Positions 1 through 12,764 of a DNA stretch of 64,000 bases are shown piece by piece; positions within the stretch are counted from its first letter, which is position 1; each line of letters begins with the position of its first letter. Both the position numbers and the translations under genes were made by a program. A model generated the notes under the pieces. It was not told where the DNA came from. It saw nothing but the letters and a program-made list of their open reading frames with translations, and searched no databases. The stretch comes from Dendrobates tinctorius (Eukaryota), in NCBI RefSeq assembly GCF_039654945.1, contig NW_027361688.1, positions 31,434,001 to 31,498,000 on the forward strand. The letters are read 5' to 3'.

Positions 1-1117
1 TGTTAGCCTGGCATTTGGCCCAGTTCTCCTCTTCCTCCCACTCTTCCCGGGACCGCTCCAAGCTGGTCTTACCCCGCGGCGCCACCGTCAGGGGTTCAGG
101 TGTTTCCCCCTGGGGACAGTCATCCCGGTCCCAGACCAGATCTAACACGACCTGGCCAGCCGCTGCAACCGTGGTACACCCCAGGGCCTTCCCAGGTGGG
201 GGGACATCTGATGTACCTGGGGCCTCCTGGCGGTGCGGTTTCTGCTCCGGTGCAGGCTTGAGACGGTGGGCCGCCGCAGGGATATCCACCGGAATGGCGG
301 GTCCAGGTGCTGGCAGTGGCAGAACTGATGATGGCTTCGGTCCACAGGGGCCGCCGGTGGGACCTGCACAGCCGCGTCAGGTCCGGGCGGGAGCTCGGCC
401 TCGGCTCCCGGGGTCTCCGGTGACTCTTCCGGGCAGGCCAAAACCAGCTGTATGGACAGCGTGGAGGTATAAATCAGCGCTGCCTGAGGACAGTCCGGTG
501 CAGCGGTGACAGGTGCCAGTGGCAAAGGTACCAAGTTCAGGGGTGCCGGTGGTGTAGGCCCCTCCGGGGCGTGCGGCCTGCTCAACCTCCATAAGGCCTC
601 CTGCCTCAGTCACAGATGGCACGTCAGCTCGGCGATTTCGTCCTCTAGCTGCTGGCGGTTCATTTCCGAGATCAGGTCGGAGCCTTCAGCCATGGCGCCG
701 GGGAGATCCGACTCAACCTCCGCGCGCTCTCCAGGCCTCCTTCCCTCACTCTCCAAAATGGCGTTCTTCGTCCTGCCTCGGCCCCTTTCCCGCCACTGGC
801 TTCTGCCCCTCCTTCCGGAGGCGGGGTCTTCTTCCAGCGCCTCCATACCAAGCCAGTATACGAACCACTCGGGGGGTGGGCCATGTTGCTGTCACATAGC
901 AATTCAGGCAGGGGAGGCCCAAGACTCTTCGCGGTCTTTTCCTAGGACCTCCCATCTCTTCACGCCCTTCTTCTCCGCGCCAGCGGCCATTTCTAATGTC
1001 CATTTTACAGTCTATCAAATCAGGTCTTCTGCACATTTTCAAAAGTATAAAGTCCAACAAATCTCAGGCACACAGAACCCGATGGCATCGGGTCTCATCA
1101 TCCTGTTCGTGACGCCA
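1..1117 (-). mobile_element. Gypsy-type LTR retrotransposon internal region (leader and decayed Pro-rich gag-like frame), continuing past the left edge
   Basis: Follows a PBS and LTR on the minus strand. Broken minus-strand ORFs 610-846 (…MNRQQLEDEIAELTCHL) and 142-585 (Pro-rich) look like a frameshifted or stopped gag N-terminus. Confidence 0.65.
1100..1117 (-). promoter_or_regulatory. Primer-binding site TGGCGTCACGAACAGGAT, complementary to a tRNA 3' end (recalled as tRNA-Ser(CGA))
   Basis: 18-nt motif starting TGG, 3 nt inside the LTR end. The + strand reads ATCCTGTTCGTGACGCCA, i.e. a tRNA 3' end with CCA. Confidence 0.8.
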
Positions 1118-1120
1118 AAA

Positions 1121-2446
1121 TGGGTCGCCCTCCCAGGGCTGCGGGGTACTCGATACCGGGTCGGTGTCAGGGGGATGTGTCACAGCAGCGGTGACCCGGA
1201 CCGTGGCCCTGGACACTCAAGTCAATGGCGGAATGTAGTTGTAGTTAATGGAATGGAATAGTTCGTGATGCCACCTGTGGTGCTCGGCAAGGGAGGTGTT
1301 AAGCCGATGCTGCAGACAGATCCTCTGGGACAGATGGTAGGATGCAGCAGTGATGGTATAGCCCTCCACAGGCAGGGCTGGTGTCCCAGGGCAGTGTAGT
1401 TATAATGGTTGTGGAAAGGCGCAGGCAGTGTAAAGAATGGTACCCAGATGTAGTGGTACTGAGCGGGTTGGCGCAAGAATGAATGGAGGACACCAAGGCC
1501 TGCAGTTCCAAAGCTTTACTCACAGTCTGCGGTACACAAGGGTGCCTGCCTCCAGGCCGTGTCCTCCGGGTCAGAGACTCAGCCAACCTCCAGGCCAGAT
1601 AGGAAGCTCCTCTCCAACACTCCGCCAACATGTACCTTTCCTGAACGACTCCTCTATTGCGCCTTAAGGTGTGAAGATCTCCAGTACCGTGGTACCCTGG
1701 AGTTCCTCTTTACAGATGTTCCCCAGAACTCTACTTGTATGGCAGACAGCTGTAGCCTGTTCGGAGACCCCCTTCTCCTGAGTCCCGGCTCTCTAATCGG
1801 TTGCTGTTGTGCCCCAAGTCTTAGATGGGAGTAATGCATTTACAGCCAACTACTCCACCGGTGTCTGCTGCAGAACCATAAGTGTCCATACAACCTCGGG
1901 GACCGGGCCCCGGCCTTGCGCTGAGAACCTATAGGCAGGGTTCCTCTTCCAACCCACGTCTCCTCTCTGTTCTCCTACTCCTTCGTTCCGTACTGATCCT
2001 TCTCTCTCTTATGGAAGCTTAGGTTGCAGTTCTACGTCTTTCTCCCTCTGTTCCTTTCCCGTGCCAGCTGGCTCAGATCACTGAGGCAGCTGCAGCACTC
2101 CTTCCTCCATCCCTTCTTCCAGGGATCCCCACTCCTCCCGAGTGGCTTCCTTCCTCACTGACCTCCCGTCAGACTGAAACTTTAATCCTACACTTTCCCA
2201 CTCTTTTATATATCTCAACTCCACCCACCTCCCAGCCCATCCAGTGTTCCAAGCAGGGAACCACCAGAGGTGCTCTGCTACTCTCTAAGCACTGAGCCGC
2301 AATGTGATTGTGCAGAACTACCCTGTTGTGTGGGGTGCGAGTGATGGAGCGTGGAAAGGAGTTCCCCCGTTACCCGGATGATGGGGCACTACACTTTAGG
2401 AGAAGGTGCAGTACCTCTGTGGCGACTGAGCCTCAGGGGCGCCACA
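1121..2446 (-). mobile_element. 5' LTR (~1.3 kb) of the Gypsy element
   Basis: Minus strand starts TGTGGCGCCCC at 2446 and ends …GGGCGACCCA at 1121 (TG…CA, short inverted termini), directly followed by the PBS. BEL/Pao coding sequence resumes at 2447. Confidence 0.75.
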
Positions 2447-5400
2447 CATCCACCACTCATCTCGCCAAGGATTGTAAGGTCAGTGTAAAATGCACAGAAT
2501 GTGGAACCACAGATCATAACACTGCCCTACACCCTGGCCCAGCTCCATGGAGTGCACAAAATACGCCAGCTGACAGTGAGCATGGCGGGGAGGAAAAGAG
2601 CACCGATTCAGCTACGCCAGAGATCACTTCACAATGTACTGAAGTCTATAAAGGGACAATAGACAGTAGGTCTTGTTCAAAAATATGCCTCGTCAGTGTG
2701 TACCCAAAGGGCCATAGAGACAAAGCTGTGTGAGACTGTATGCTATCTTGGATGATCAAAGTAATCGATCACTGGCTAGATCAACATTCTTTGACCTATT
2801 CAACATTAAAGGACCAAACACTCCTTACTCATAAAAGACATGTGTAGGTACTGTGACAACAGCGGGCAGGAAAGCCACTGATTACCAAATTGAGTCCTTA
2901 GACGGACAATTCTGCCTGCCACTACCTACAATCATCGAGTGTAATCAGATCCCAGACAACAGGTCTGAAATCCCTACACCAGATGTGGCAATCCATCATG
3001 CTCACTTAAAACGTATAGCAAACCTCATACCGGAACTCGACCCTCAAGCACAGATAATACTGCTGTTGGGAAGAGACATCCTACAGGTTCATAAAGTGAG
3101 AAGTCATATCAATGGACTCAACAATGCTCCTTATGCACAATAGCTAGACCAAGGATGGGTCACAATATGAAACGTATGCTTGGGACACATGCACGCCCCA
3201 TCTTCTGTGACAAGCATGCTAACAAATACACTGGAGAAAGGGCACCCATCTCTGTTTCAACCTTGCAACAACGAGTTCCATGTCAAGGAACTACCACACA
3301 GCATCCAACTACCCAATCACTTAATAGACTTTACTCATGACAGCAGTATGGTGTCAGGAAGCTATGAGGATCAGCTGGGGTGCACAGTCTTCCAGAGAAC
3401 TAAGCAAGACAACCAAGTAGCAATGTCGGTAGAGGATAAGCTGTTCTTAGAGGTAATGGACAAAGGGCTCATAAAAGATGAGACCAACAGCTGGGTCGCA
3501 CCTCTTCAATTCAGAACCCACAGATCACGTCTACCAAACAGAGATCATGCATTCAAACGTTTCTCCTCTCTCAAACACAATCTGCAAAAGAAGCCAGAGA
3601 TGAGAGGTCACTTCTTCTCCTTCATGTCAAAGATATTTGAGAACTGCCATGCAGAACTAGCTCCCACTCTCAAAGACTCTGAAGAATGCTGGTTCCTACC
3701 CATGTTTCGAGTATACCACCCTAAGAAACCAGGCCAGATTAGAGTGGTGTTCGACTCCAGTGCTAAGTTTGATGATGTCTCCCTGAATGATGTTCTACTG
3801 ACAGGACCAGATCTCAATAACAAACTACTGGGAGTACTTATGCGCTTCCGTAAGGATTCCGTTGCCTTCATCGCTGACATCCAGCAAACGTTCCATTGTT
3901 TCCTTGTGAGAGAGAGAGAGACAGGAACATCCTAAGATTCTTCTGCTACAGAGACAATGATCCTACTAAAGAAGTCACAGAGTACCGCATGAGAGTGCAC
4001 ATCTTTGGCAATAGCCCTTCTCCTGCAGTCACCATCTATGGACTCAAAAGGTCAGCTCTAGAAGGAGAAACAGAATACGGGTCAGATGTCAAACAATTCA
4101 TAGAGAAAGACTTTTATGTTGATGAGTGTCTGAAAGCCATGCCTTCAAATGAAACTGCCATTAGTCTCCTCAGGAGAGCCCAAGAGATGCTTGCTTGGTC
4201 TAACCTCAGGCTTCACAAAATAGCTTCAAACAGCCAAGAACTCATGAAAGCATTCCCTTCACAAGACTTGTGTAACGGTCTCAGAGACCTGGGGTCAGAC
4301 CCCACACCAATGCAACGCAGCCTCGGGCTTCTCTGGAATCTACAGTCAGACAGTTTTATCTTTCAGGTCAGCCATGAAGAAAAGCCTTTCACACGCAGAG
4401 GTGTGTCTACCATCAACAGCCTATATGATCTCTTAGGTTTTGCAGCTCCTGTTACTATCCAAGGCAAAGCCATACAAAGAAACTTAACCAAGGAGTCTTC
4501 TGACTGGGATGCACCTCTACCACCTGATAAGATAACCCAGTGGGAAGCATGGAAGAACTCTTTAGCAGCTCTCTCCAACCTGAATGTGCCAAGGCCATAC
4601 ACCCCTGTGCCGTCTACAGAGATACAGAGCCAAAGACTATATGTATTTGCAGATGCTTCTGTCAAAGCAATTGCTGCTGTTGCTTATCTTAAAACTGTGG
4701 ACTCCAAATGTCAAAGCCACATTGGATTCGTCATGGGGAAAACAAAGCTTGCTCCACAACCAGAGCACACCATACCAAGGTTAGAACTTTGTGCTGCAGT
4801 CTTAGCCGTAGAGTTAGCAGAGTTCATCACATCCGAGATGGATATCGACCTGTCACAAGCCAAGTTCTACTCAGACAGCAAGGTAGTCCTGGGATACATC
4901 CACAATGAAACCAGGCGATCCTATGTTTGTCAACAACGAGTGCTACGAATTAGGAGATCAGTTCATCCAAAGCAGTGGCATTACGTTCCCACGGACCAAA
5001 ACCCTGCAGATCATGCAACTAGAGCAGTTGACGCAAGTCAACTAGAGAGCACAACATGGTTCTCAGGACCAAAACTATTGTACACTGAGGAGCGTTGTCC
5101 AGACACCTTTGAACTGATAGGAGAGGACTCAGATGCTGAAATCCGCACTCAGGTGTCCACACTTCATACAATGGCTTCAGATATTCAGCTTGGATCCCAC
5201 AGATTTGACAAATTTTCAAGTTGGAAGTTACTTACTTGAGCCATTACCTGCCTGACTCATATAGCTCACTCATTCAAGACCACCAGAGTTTGTGACACAG
5301 AAAAATGTAAAGGTTGGCATCTCTGTAAAAGCACCTATGTTACCTCCGACTTGGAATCTTCCAGAAAACACATCTCTACAGTTCAGAGAGAAACCTACTC

Positions 5401-6745
5401 TGTGGAAATCCAATGTCTCATTAACAAACCTCCAATACCAGCGAGCAGCTCATTGAGAAAACTCGACCCATTCATCGACAACAACGGCCTGCTGAGAGTA
5501 GGTCGCCTCAAAGAAGCTAAAATGGAGTTTGAAGAGAAATTCCCTCTTATCATACCTGTAAAATGTCATGTTGCTTACCTAAGAGTGCAACACTACCACA
5601 ATCTGGTCAAACACCAAGGAAGACTATTTACAGAAGGCGCCATCAGTACTGCCGGCCTGTGGATCGTCGGTGCAAAGAAACTCATCTGTAGTGTCATCTA
5701 CAAATGTATTACCTGCCGTAAGCTTCGTGGTTCCACTCAAACCCAAAAGATGGCTGACCTACCAGCAGATAGACTCAGCCCAGACCCTCCTTTTACCAAC
5801 ATTGGTCTCGATGTGTTTGGACCTTGGTCAGTTGTTACTCGTCACACGAGAGGCGGACAAGCCAATAGTAAACGTTTGGGCCGTCATGTTTACCTGTCTG
5901 TCAATCAGAGCCATCCACATAGAGCTCATTGAGTCACTTGACACCTCAAGCTTCATCAACGCTTTGAGACGTTTCAGTGCCATCCGTGGTCCTATCAAGC
6001 ATATACGTTCAGACAGAGGTACCAACTTCATTGGTGCAGCAAAGGAATTGGGCATACCTTCAAATTTAAGACTCTCGAGAAGCTCCTCAGTGACCAAAGT
6101 TGCACCTGGTCATTCAACCCACCTCACTCCTCACACATGGGTGGATCTTGGGAACGAATGATTGATCTAGTACGAAGAATTCTTGACTCTACTCTTCTTC
6201 AGGAAGGAGCAGCGAGACTTACCCACGAAAGTCTAACCACCTTCATGGCAGAAGACGCAGCTATAATCAACGCAAGGCCCTTGTTCCAGTTCCTAATGAC
6301 CCTGAGGAGCCCTTGTTATTGACACCAGCTACTCTTCTAACCCAGAAAACAGGACTATCCAGTGCCCCTCTGGGAGGATTCGACGCTAAGGATCTCTACA
6401 AGCGCCAATGGAGGCAGGTACAAGGTCTTGCCAATACATTCTGGGACAGGTGGTGCAAACAATATTTGTCTACCTTGCAGCCACGGACAAAGTGGCAATC
6501 TACCAGGCCTAATCTTCGGATTGGTGACCTCGTCCTTGTTAAACACTGCCAGGCCCATCGGAACCAGTGGCCACTTGGACTAGTTACTGCTACGTTTCCG
6601 AGTAAAGATGGCCTGTCCGCAAAGTCGAACTCAGGATGGCTAAAGGAGATGGACCTAAGACATTCTCCAGACCAGTGACTGAGCTGGTCCTATTGTTGTC
6701 TTCAGAGGATAGTAATGTGGCATCCGTTCAATGCCAGACGGGGAG
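2447..6745 (+). mobile_element. BEL/Pao LTR retrotransposon gag-pol remnant (zinc knuckles, aspartic protease, RT, Pao RNase H/A17, integrase, C-terminal domain); frameshifted, non-functional
   Basis: HLAKDC..C..C…H zinc knuckles; YAILDDQSNRSL protease at ~2740; RT motifs KPGQIRVVFDSS, SLNDVLLTGPDL, FGNSPSP, FYVDE; FADAS…TIPRLELCAA; integrase HQGR…C..C, SDRGTNF, GGSWER; FWDRW..YL..LQ and WPLG.V. Many stops and frameshifts. Purine tract AGACGGGGAG at 6736-6745. Confidence 0.95.
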
Positions 6746-7361
6746 TGTTCTATCTCCGACATAATCAATGACTCGTAACTGCCTGTTCTGATAACATATA
6801 ATCATTGATGTATGTTTAGAATGCTCAGTTTTCCATACAGTTTAATGTTTATTGTTCTCTTAGCTACATCTAGTGGCCCAAAAGATATAACTGCAGTGTT
6901 ATCTTAGTTTCATTTTCGTTCCTGTATTTTCCCTCCAATCCACAATGTATTCTGGGTAAATTTGCAAGGGATTATTGTCTAGTCCAACCCCATTTCCTTG
7001 TCCAGTCCTCCATATTCAATCTGCTTGTGTACTGGAAACACCTCATCAATCTTCTTGCCCAGTGTTAGCATCGCTGGTAAGTGACACGCTCCCTTTATAA
7101 ATCCCTGTCTCTCTTACTGGCCAGCTTAGATAGTTTCCTTGTTCAGCTGATAGTGCAGTCATGTACGTTATGTATATATGTATTTTCTATGTACCCAACA
7201 CTGGTTGTCTTCATGTATTTCTGTTCCTAGTTTCACCTCATCTATATACCTACGTTCAATAAAACACAGATTCAACTACAGTCTCTCTTATTGGACCCGG
7301 TATACCGGTTTAGCTGCTTGCTAAGCTATATGAATCCCGTTAATTTAGTGAGAGCATGACA
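6746..7361 (+). mobile_element. 3' LTR of the BEL/Pao element
   Basis: Starts TGTTCT immediately after the polypurine tract. TATAAA at ~7096, AATAAA at ~7258, ends …GAGCATGACA. Confidence 0.75.
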
Positions 7362-7879
7362 GCATCTAAATCCTCTGCTGACGTGCAGTTTTGGTGCATG
7401 TTTTTTCATGTCAAACTCTGGCCCATGGATCAAATCTGGCCGGCGGGGTGATGATATTTGGCCCCAATGTCAGTGCAGTCTCCCCATTATCTCCTCATTA
7501 TACTGCATATAGGACTATGTGGTTCCATTATGCTCAGGGCTGCCATAAGGGCATTACTGCCCTTACTGCTGTATGAGGCCTGGTGAGCAGCAGTACAGAG
7601 GGGGGCCCGGACCTCCCCTCTTGTGCTCCTACTCACTGGGCTACATTGTGCAATGAACTTCTGTGTGCGGTGGGGAGTTTTCTCGGAGCTCCACAACCGC
7701 CTAACCTGAACGCAGCTCCAGCTCCCTCTGCCCTATGGACTTCCGGGCAGGTGATGGTGCATACACGATAATGTCATCACGTACGCACCGGCATGTACAA
7801 GGACATCAGAAGCAGAGCTGCACCTGCAGGCAATCGTCAATGAGGTAAGTATGAAAACTTTTTTTTCTTTTATTTATAA

Positions 7880-8410
7880 AATGAATTAAATGAGGGGAGA
7901 GGTGGAGGGGGGACTGCAAATGATTAATCGAAGGTGGGGGGTAGGGAGAGCAAATGATGAATTGATGGTGGGAGGTGCGAAAAGCAAATGAATTTTAGGT
8001 GGGGGAGGGGAGAGCAAATGATGAATTGAAGGTGGGAGGAGTAAATGATGATGTATTGAGACCAGGGGATGGGGGACTAAATGATGAATTGAAGGTGGGG
8101 ACAGCAAATGATAATGAATTGGGGTGTGGCAGCAAATATTGATAAATTGTGGGTGGGGAGAGTAAATGATGTATTGAATGTTTGGGAGAGAAGTTGATAA
8201 TGAATAGAGGGTGGGAGTGGGAGAGAAAGAAGACAGGACATAATGAATTGGGGCAGAAGGAGGCATGTAAATATAATAAATTGGGGGAGCAGCAGGTACA
8301 TAGTGGGGGCGGCGGTAAGGATGCAGTGCCAGTGACTGGTAATGAATTGGGGAAAAAGTATAGTGGCTAATTAAATTATATATTAGGTGGGGAAAGTGGC
8401 TATTTATAGT
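7880..8410. repeat. Degenerate purine-rich tandem repeat (AAATGATGAATTGAAGGTGGGG-like units)
   Basis: Recurring AAATGATGAATT + G-run motif about every 30 bp. Confidence 0.6.
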
Positions 8411-9054
8411 TGGTGGGGGCACAGTGGTGGATAATTTATATCTGGAATAATGGGTTCTAGCTGGAAAAAGTGATGGCGGTCTTCTACTAAATATGTTACT
8501 GGTAAGTCAATGTATAACCTGTACACTGACACTATGTAAAGAGCTCCTGTGTAAAATGTCACTTGTGAACACTGTATTCCCTGTACACTGTGATTTTAAT
8601 ATGTGATCTGGTCATGGTGTGATGGTATTTGTCCCTTGTATGTAGCATTATTAGTCATTTTAAAAAATGTATGTGACTCATTCCCTTAAAGAAAAATAAA
8701 GAAAACTATACCTAAAAAGTGTATTGGATATTTTAAGAAATGTTTAATAGGATAAAGGAGGGCGTTGCCAAAAAGTCTACCTTGTTGTGGTGGCAGCTTG
8801 AAAAATCTTTTGGCCAAAACAAAAGCTGCTGGCTATGTATGTGATATAGTTTATGATAGGAACTATTAATGTGTAATTGTGGTGAGGAGGACGTGGTGCA
8901 GAAGTGTAGTTTTTCCAAAAGTGGGTGCTGGGATTGAGTAAGTGTCAAGGTGTGGAGGTGGAGCTGGGGTGGAGTCTGGGCGGAGTCTAAAGGTGGCCAA
9001 AATATGTTGCCAGTATACGGCCCTGAAATTCCTAGTGGCAGATCTGATTATGCT

Positions 9055-9230
9055 GTATGAAGGACTATGTGGGGGTCATTATACAGCATAGAGGACTATG
9101 TGGGGCCCATTATTCTGTATGGAAGATTCTGTGGGGCCATTATATTGTATGTAAGACTATGTGGGTCCCAAAATACTGTGTCGAGGACTATGTTGGGCCC
9201 ATTCCATTATACTGTAGAGAAGACTTTGTG
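9055..9230. repeat. Short degenerate ~31-bp tandem repeat (GGACTATGTGGGGCCCATTAT…)
   Basis: Five to six imperfect copies visible. Confidence 0.6.
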
Positions 9231-9379
9231 GCTCCGCAGCCCAGTCCTGGATGCCATGCGCGGCCTCTGCACCATCCATTGTCTATGGGTCTGCACTTGG
9301 CTACAACCAATTAGGTTCTACAGATGTTATCAGGCTTTCTCAAGTATGTTCAAAACATTTTTTGGGTCCTAATAAATTA

Positions 9380-9602
9380 AGAGATGAGCGAATTTGTTCG
9401 GATTCGGTTCCGAATACGATCGGACACGAATATTGTTTTTGCAAACACAGCTGAACGTCATTAGAGTCAATGGGAGTAAACATTACCAAATATGTTCGGA
9501 ACCGATCATAAGACATACTTTCAGCACGAATAGTGTTCGACTATGGCTCAAATATGTCAAAATGAGATTCGGGCCAAAATCCAAACAAATTCACTCATCT
9601 CT
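9380..9602. mobile_element. MITE with AGAGATGAGCGAA terminal inverted repeats
   Basis: AGAGATGAGCGAATTTGTT … AACAAATTCACTCATCTCT termini. Confidence 0.6.
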
Positions 9603-10630
9603 ACTAATAATAACATTGTTCCATGTTGTGCCCCCTAAATTCCAAGGATGGCCGGTGAAGTATTTAAAATACTAATGGGCATTACAAGAGAACCAACATG
9701 CCAGGGCCAGACTGGCCATCATTGCGTGGCCTGCGCCACAGACTGCAGTGAGGAGGAGACCACCGCTCCTCATGGGCGAGCGGGGAGGGGAGGGAAAGCT
9801 TGTTTATAGGTGCGGATAGGTAACTGTTATATGGGTACAATACAGAGGACACAATTACACTGTGGTGGCGGTGCGCGCCCCCAATGCAAAAACAACATGT
9901 AGCTTTAAACCTTGCTTCACACTTATCTGCAGTGCCCCCACAGGTAAAGATGAGCATTACACAATTCTCCTTAAAATCAATGCAATGTCTGTTGGTCCTC
10001 CAAATCAAGAAATACTCTTTGAGCTTGCTCTACAAAGTAACAATGGCTATCCATGACAAAGTTTAGTAGCTGCCTCCTCCCTCTATTTGACAATCAAATT
10101 CATCAAATAATTGAGTTTTAATTTGGTTTTCCCAGAATTGAATGTGGTCCCTTAGTGCCCAGTCAGACAGTCGTATAAATTGGGCCGAGATCAGAATCCA
10201 ATGCTCGGACTGGCCGGTCGGTCTCCGAGGGTGACAGCTTCATATATTTTTTGCAGCTGTCACGCTCGGGTTGAGAGAGCCACTAGCCAGTCTTATATCC
10301 ATCCGATTTATACGACTGTCTGACTTCTCGCCCTTATTCACACTGATCATTTGGGTTATGACCAATGGGACCCAAAGTGATCCCAAGAATGGAATCTGGA
10401 TGCCAAGAGTGGATCGCAAATGGTGTGGAGATGCGTGTGCTCCACCTCCACTCTATTCATTGCCTACGGGACAGCCGTAGAAATCCCAGAACATCTCTTA
10501 GCTATTTACACCGGTCCTACATAGAACGCTACGACAAAAATGTCAATTCTGGGGATATCACTTCAAGGTTGTGATCAAAGCAAAATTATTGCACAGCATC
10601 CCCACAGATAGATGTTTCAAGCTCTTTAGA

Positions 10631-10731
10631 TACAGGAAAGATGAATATCTTTGTACCGTGTTAGCCAGTAGATAGAAAAATATTCAGAATTCAGAGTCCT
10701 CAACCACTGACGACTCTCAATTCTGAATATT
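10631..10731 (-). mobile_element. Miniature Penelope-like insert (3' tail plus short foldback), same family as 25294-28649
   Basis: 10631-10702 is the near-identical reverse complement of 28581-28651, followed by an inverted copy of its inner ~28 nt. Flanked by TTTCAAGCTCTTTAGA / TTTCAACCTCCTTAGA (TSD, 2 mismatches). Confidence 0.8.
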
Positions 10732-11103
10732 TTTCAACCTCCTTAGAGAAGAGTAAACCTGAATTGAACAAGTATCTGAAGATATATAGTATAGTTCAAT
10801 ACTGTATATGTATATAGTCATATTTCAAAACAGTGATACTTTTATGTTCATTGCAACCTATGGATAACTAATTAAGTGTATTAGTCACGGAATTTCATTA
10901 TTGAACGTACGCTGCAACATCGAGTGAGGCCGAAGATGTACAAAGAACGTACTATGACTTTCACAGTTTACGAGAAAATCTAGTTGTGAATTTGTGCCCC
11001 CTCGCACAGTACAATAATCCCTCTGTGCATTGATGTACATTAGTTGTGCGTGCAAAGCTAAGGGAAAGGCGAGCTATGATATCAGAAATGGGAGAGAACT
11101 TAC

Positions 11104-11152
11104 CTAGAAGTAAAAGGCCGGGTAGTAGGATCAGCAGCAGTGTGTAATCCAT
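11104..11152 (-). CDS. Candidate first coding exon encoding a signal peptide (MDYTLLLILLPGLLLL/G) of an unidentified gene
   Basis: Kozak GTCATGG, 16 mostly hydrophobic codons, consensus phase-1 donor CTAG|GTAAGT, in non-repetitive-looking sequence. No downstream exon identified in the window. Confidence 0.4.
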
Positions 11153-11421
11153 GACTAGTCCTGCAAATTCCCCTCCAGAGTGAGACGTTGTGTGTACAGG
11201 AGGACAGCTATGGAGGGTCACAGGAATCCACACTGCTGACTTTACAGAAGGAGGGGAGGTGCATTCAGGGGACATTTTAAGGAGGTGGTGAGCAGGAATG
11301 AAGAGGTAGGATTGTACGAAAGCATGAATTCAGGAACTTGGAGAAAGAAAAACCTATGTGTAGGCTAAGTGAGTCTGTAAAACTGTTTTGGCTGAGTACT
11401 ATAACATTTTGGAGATCTTAA

Positions 11422-11743
11422 AGGGCATCTGTTACAAGGATCAACCCACCTAAGCCGTGTATATGAGGATGCAGGTCATAGAGAGATGAATAAAATGATA
11501 CCTTGATAGCTGTGATCTGATGAAGCGTTCTTGAGAAATCCATGTTATTCTTATAGGCAAATGAGCTGAAAAGATTTCTGTGGCAGAGATCTCTTCAGCT
11601 GATTTACATATTAAGAAAAACGTGGATTTCTCAGAAACCATTCATCGGATCGCCAATATCAAAGTGTCATTTAATTCAACTTTTTATGGCCTGCATGTCC
11701 ACATAGACAACTTAGGAGGGTTGATAATTCTGACAGATGCCCT
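11422..11743. mobile_element. T2/Kolobok-type palindromic MITE
   Basis: TTAA|AGGGCATCTGT … ACAGATGCCCT|TTAA, with internal inverted symmetry. Confidence 0.8.
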
Positions 11744-11839
11744 TTAAGGATGATGTGTAGACAGATCCAGTACGGTTAGACATAGAGACCAAGATTCATA
11801 GAAGCTTTTACGGCAGAAAACTGGGGTAAAACATTTTGA

Positions 11840-12762
11840 AAAGTCACAAATTACAGTCAATGAATCACAGGTTTTCTTTGCAGCGTGAGATGGTTCATTG
11901 TCATGCATGAAGATGACTTTGCTATGGATGACATGGTACTTCTTTTTGTACCATGGAAGAAAGTGGTCAGTCAGAATGTCTACATACTTTGCCAAAGTCA
12001 TTTCACACCTTCAGGGACCCCAAACATGACTCCATCACCTCCTTGCAGATGTTGTAGCCGTTGCAGCCTTGTTGGGACATGGTTGAAATCCACCAACCAT
12101 CCACTTGGACCATCCAGGGTTACTCTTAGTATGCATATGTACACACCTGTTTTCTGTTTGAAAGTGATGGTCAGTCTTTTGTTATTTGTATACATAGGCT
12201 CTCTGACCGATCACTCCACCCATCAGCCTCTGGTGGTTTTAATTACAGCAGGAGCCTATCCTAAGGTTCCCAGCAGAGAGAATCTCCTTATCGTGGCTGC
12301 TGGGTACATATGAATTGGGCGGGATTATTTCATATTTACATGTGTATGTAAATGTGAAATTAATATTCACCCCTTCCCCCGCCCATAATCCCGCCCACCC
12401 CTCTGCTTAGGCGTAATTGATTGGGTGGAATCAGACTGACGTATTGCTGCCATATTACTCGCCCAAGGATCACATTGCAATCCTCAGACGAGCAACACAA
12501 CGGGCAACGTACAACAATAAAAGTTACACATCCTGAAATGACCGCTCAAGCCTCATATCAGGATACTATTAGTAGGGTAGGCAAAAATTACCTTCAAGTA
12601 GTTTTCCACACCTGGCAAACAAATTATCACAGGAGTGAGAGATTGATTTCAGTGATCCAAAGAACCTGAGACACATTACCATTCATGAATTTATTTGAAA
12701 AACAAAAAAATTACATCTTCATGGTCTTCATTCTAATTTGCAAAATAATTTGGAACAGAGTG
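11840..12762 (-). mobile_element. Decayed, internally deleted Tc1-like transposon
   Basis: Minus-strand fragments RVTLDGPSGW, GGDGVMF, FLPWYKKK…IFMHDNEPSHAAK (DDE region). Terminus CACTCTGTTCCAAATTATT next to TA at 12763. Confidence 0.7.
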
Positions 12763-12764
12763 TA

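Noticed and set aside
15-1261. Long plus-strand ORFs (164 and 251 aa)
   Set aside because: Antisense shadows of the GC-rich gag-like region of the minus-strand Gypsy element.
9890-10030. Cys-rich minus-strand frame (C-x6-C-x6-C-x6-C-x7-CC) as a defensin-like exon 2 for the leader exon at 11104
   Set aside because: The only good acceptor is phase 0 whereas the leader donor is phase 1; the spacing is not the beta-defensin pattern, and no stop follows the CC.
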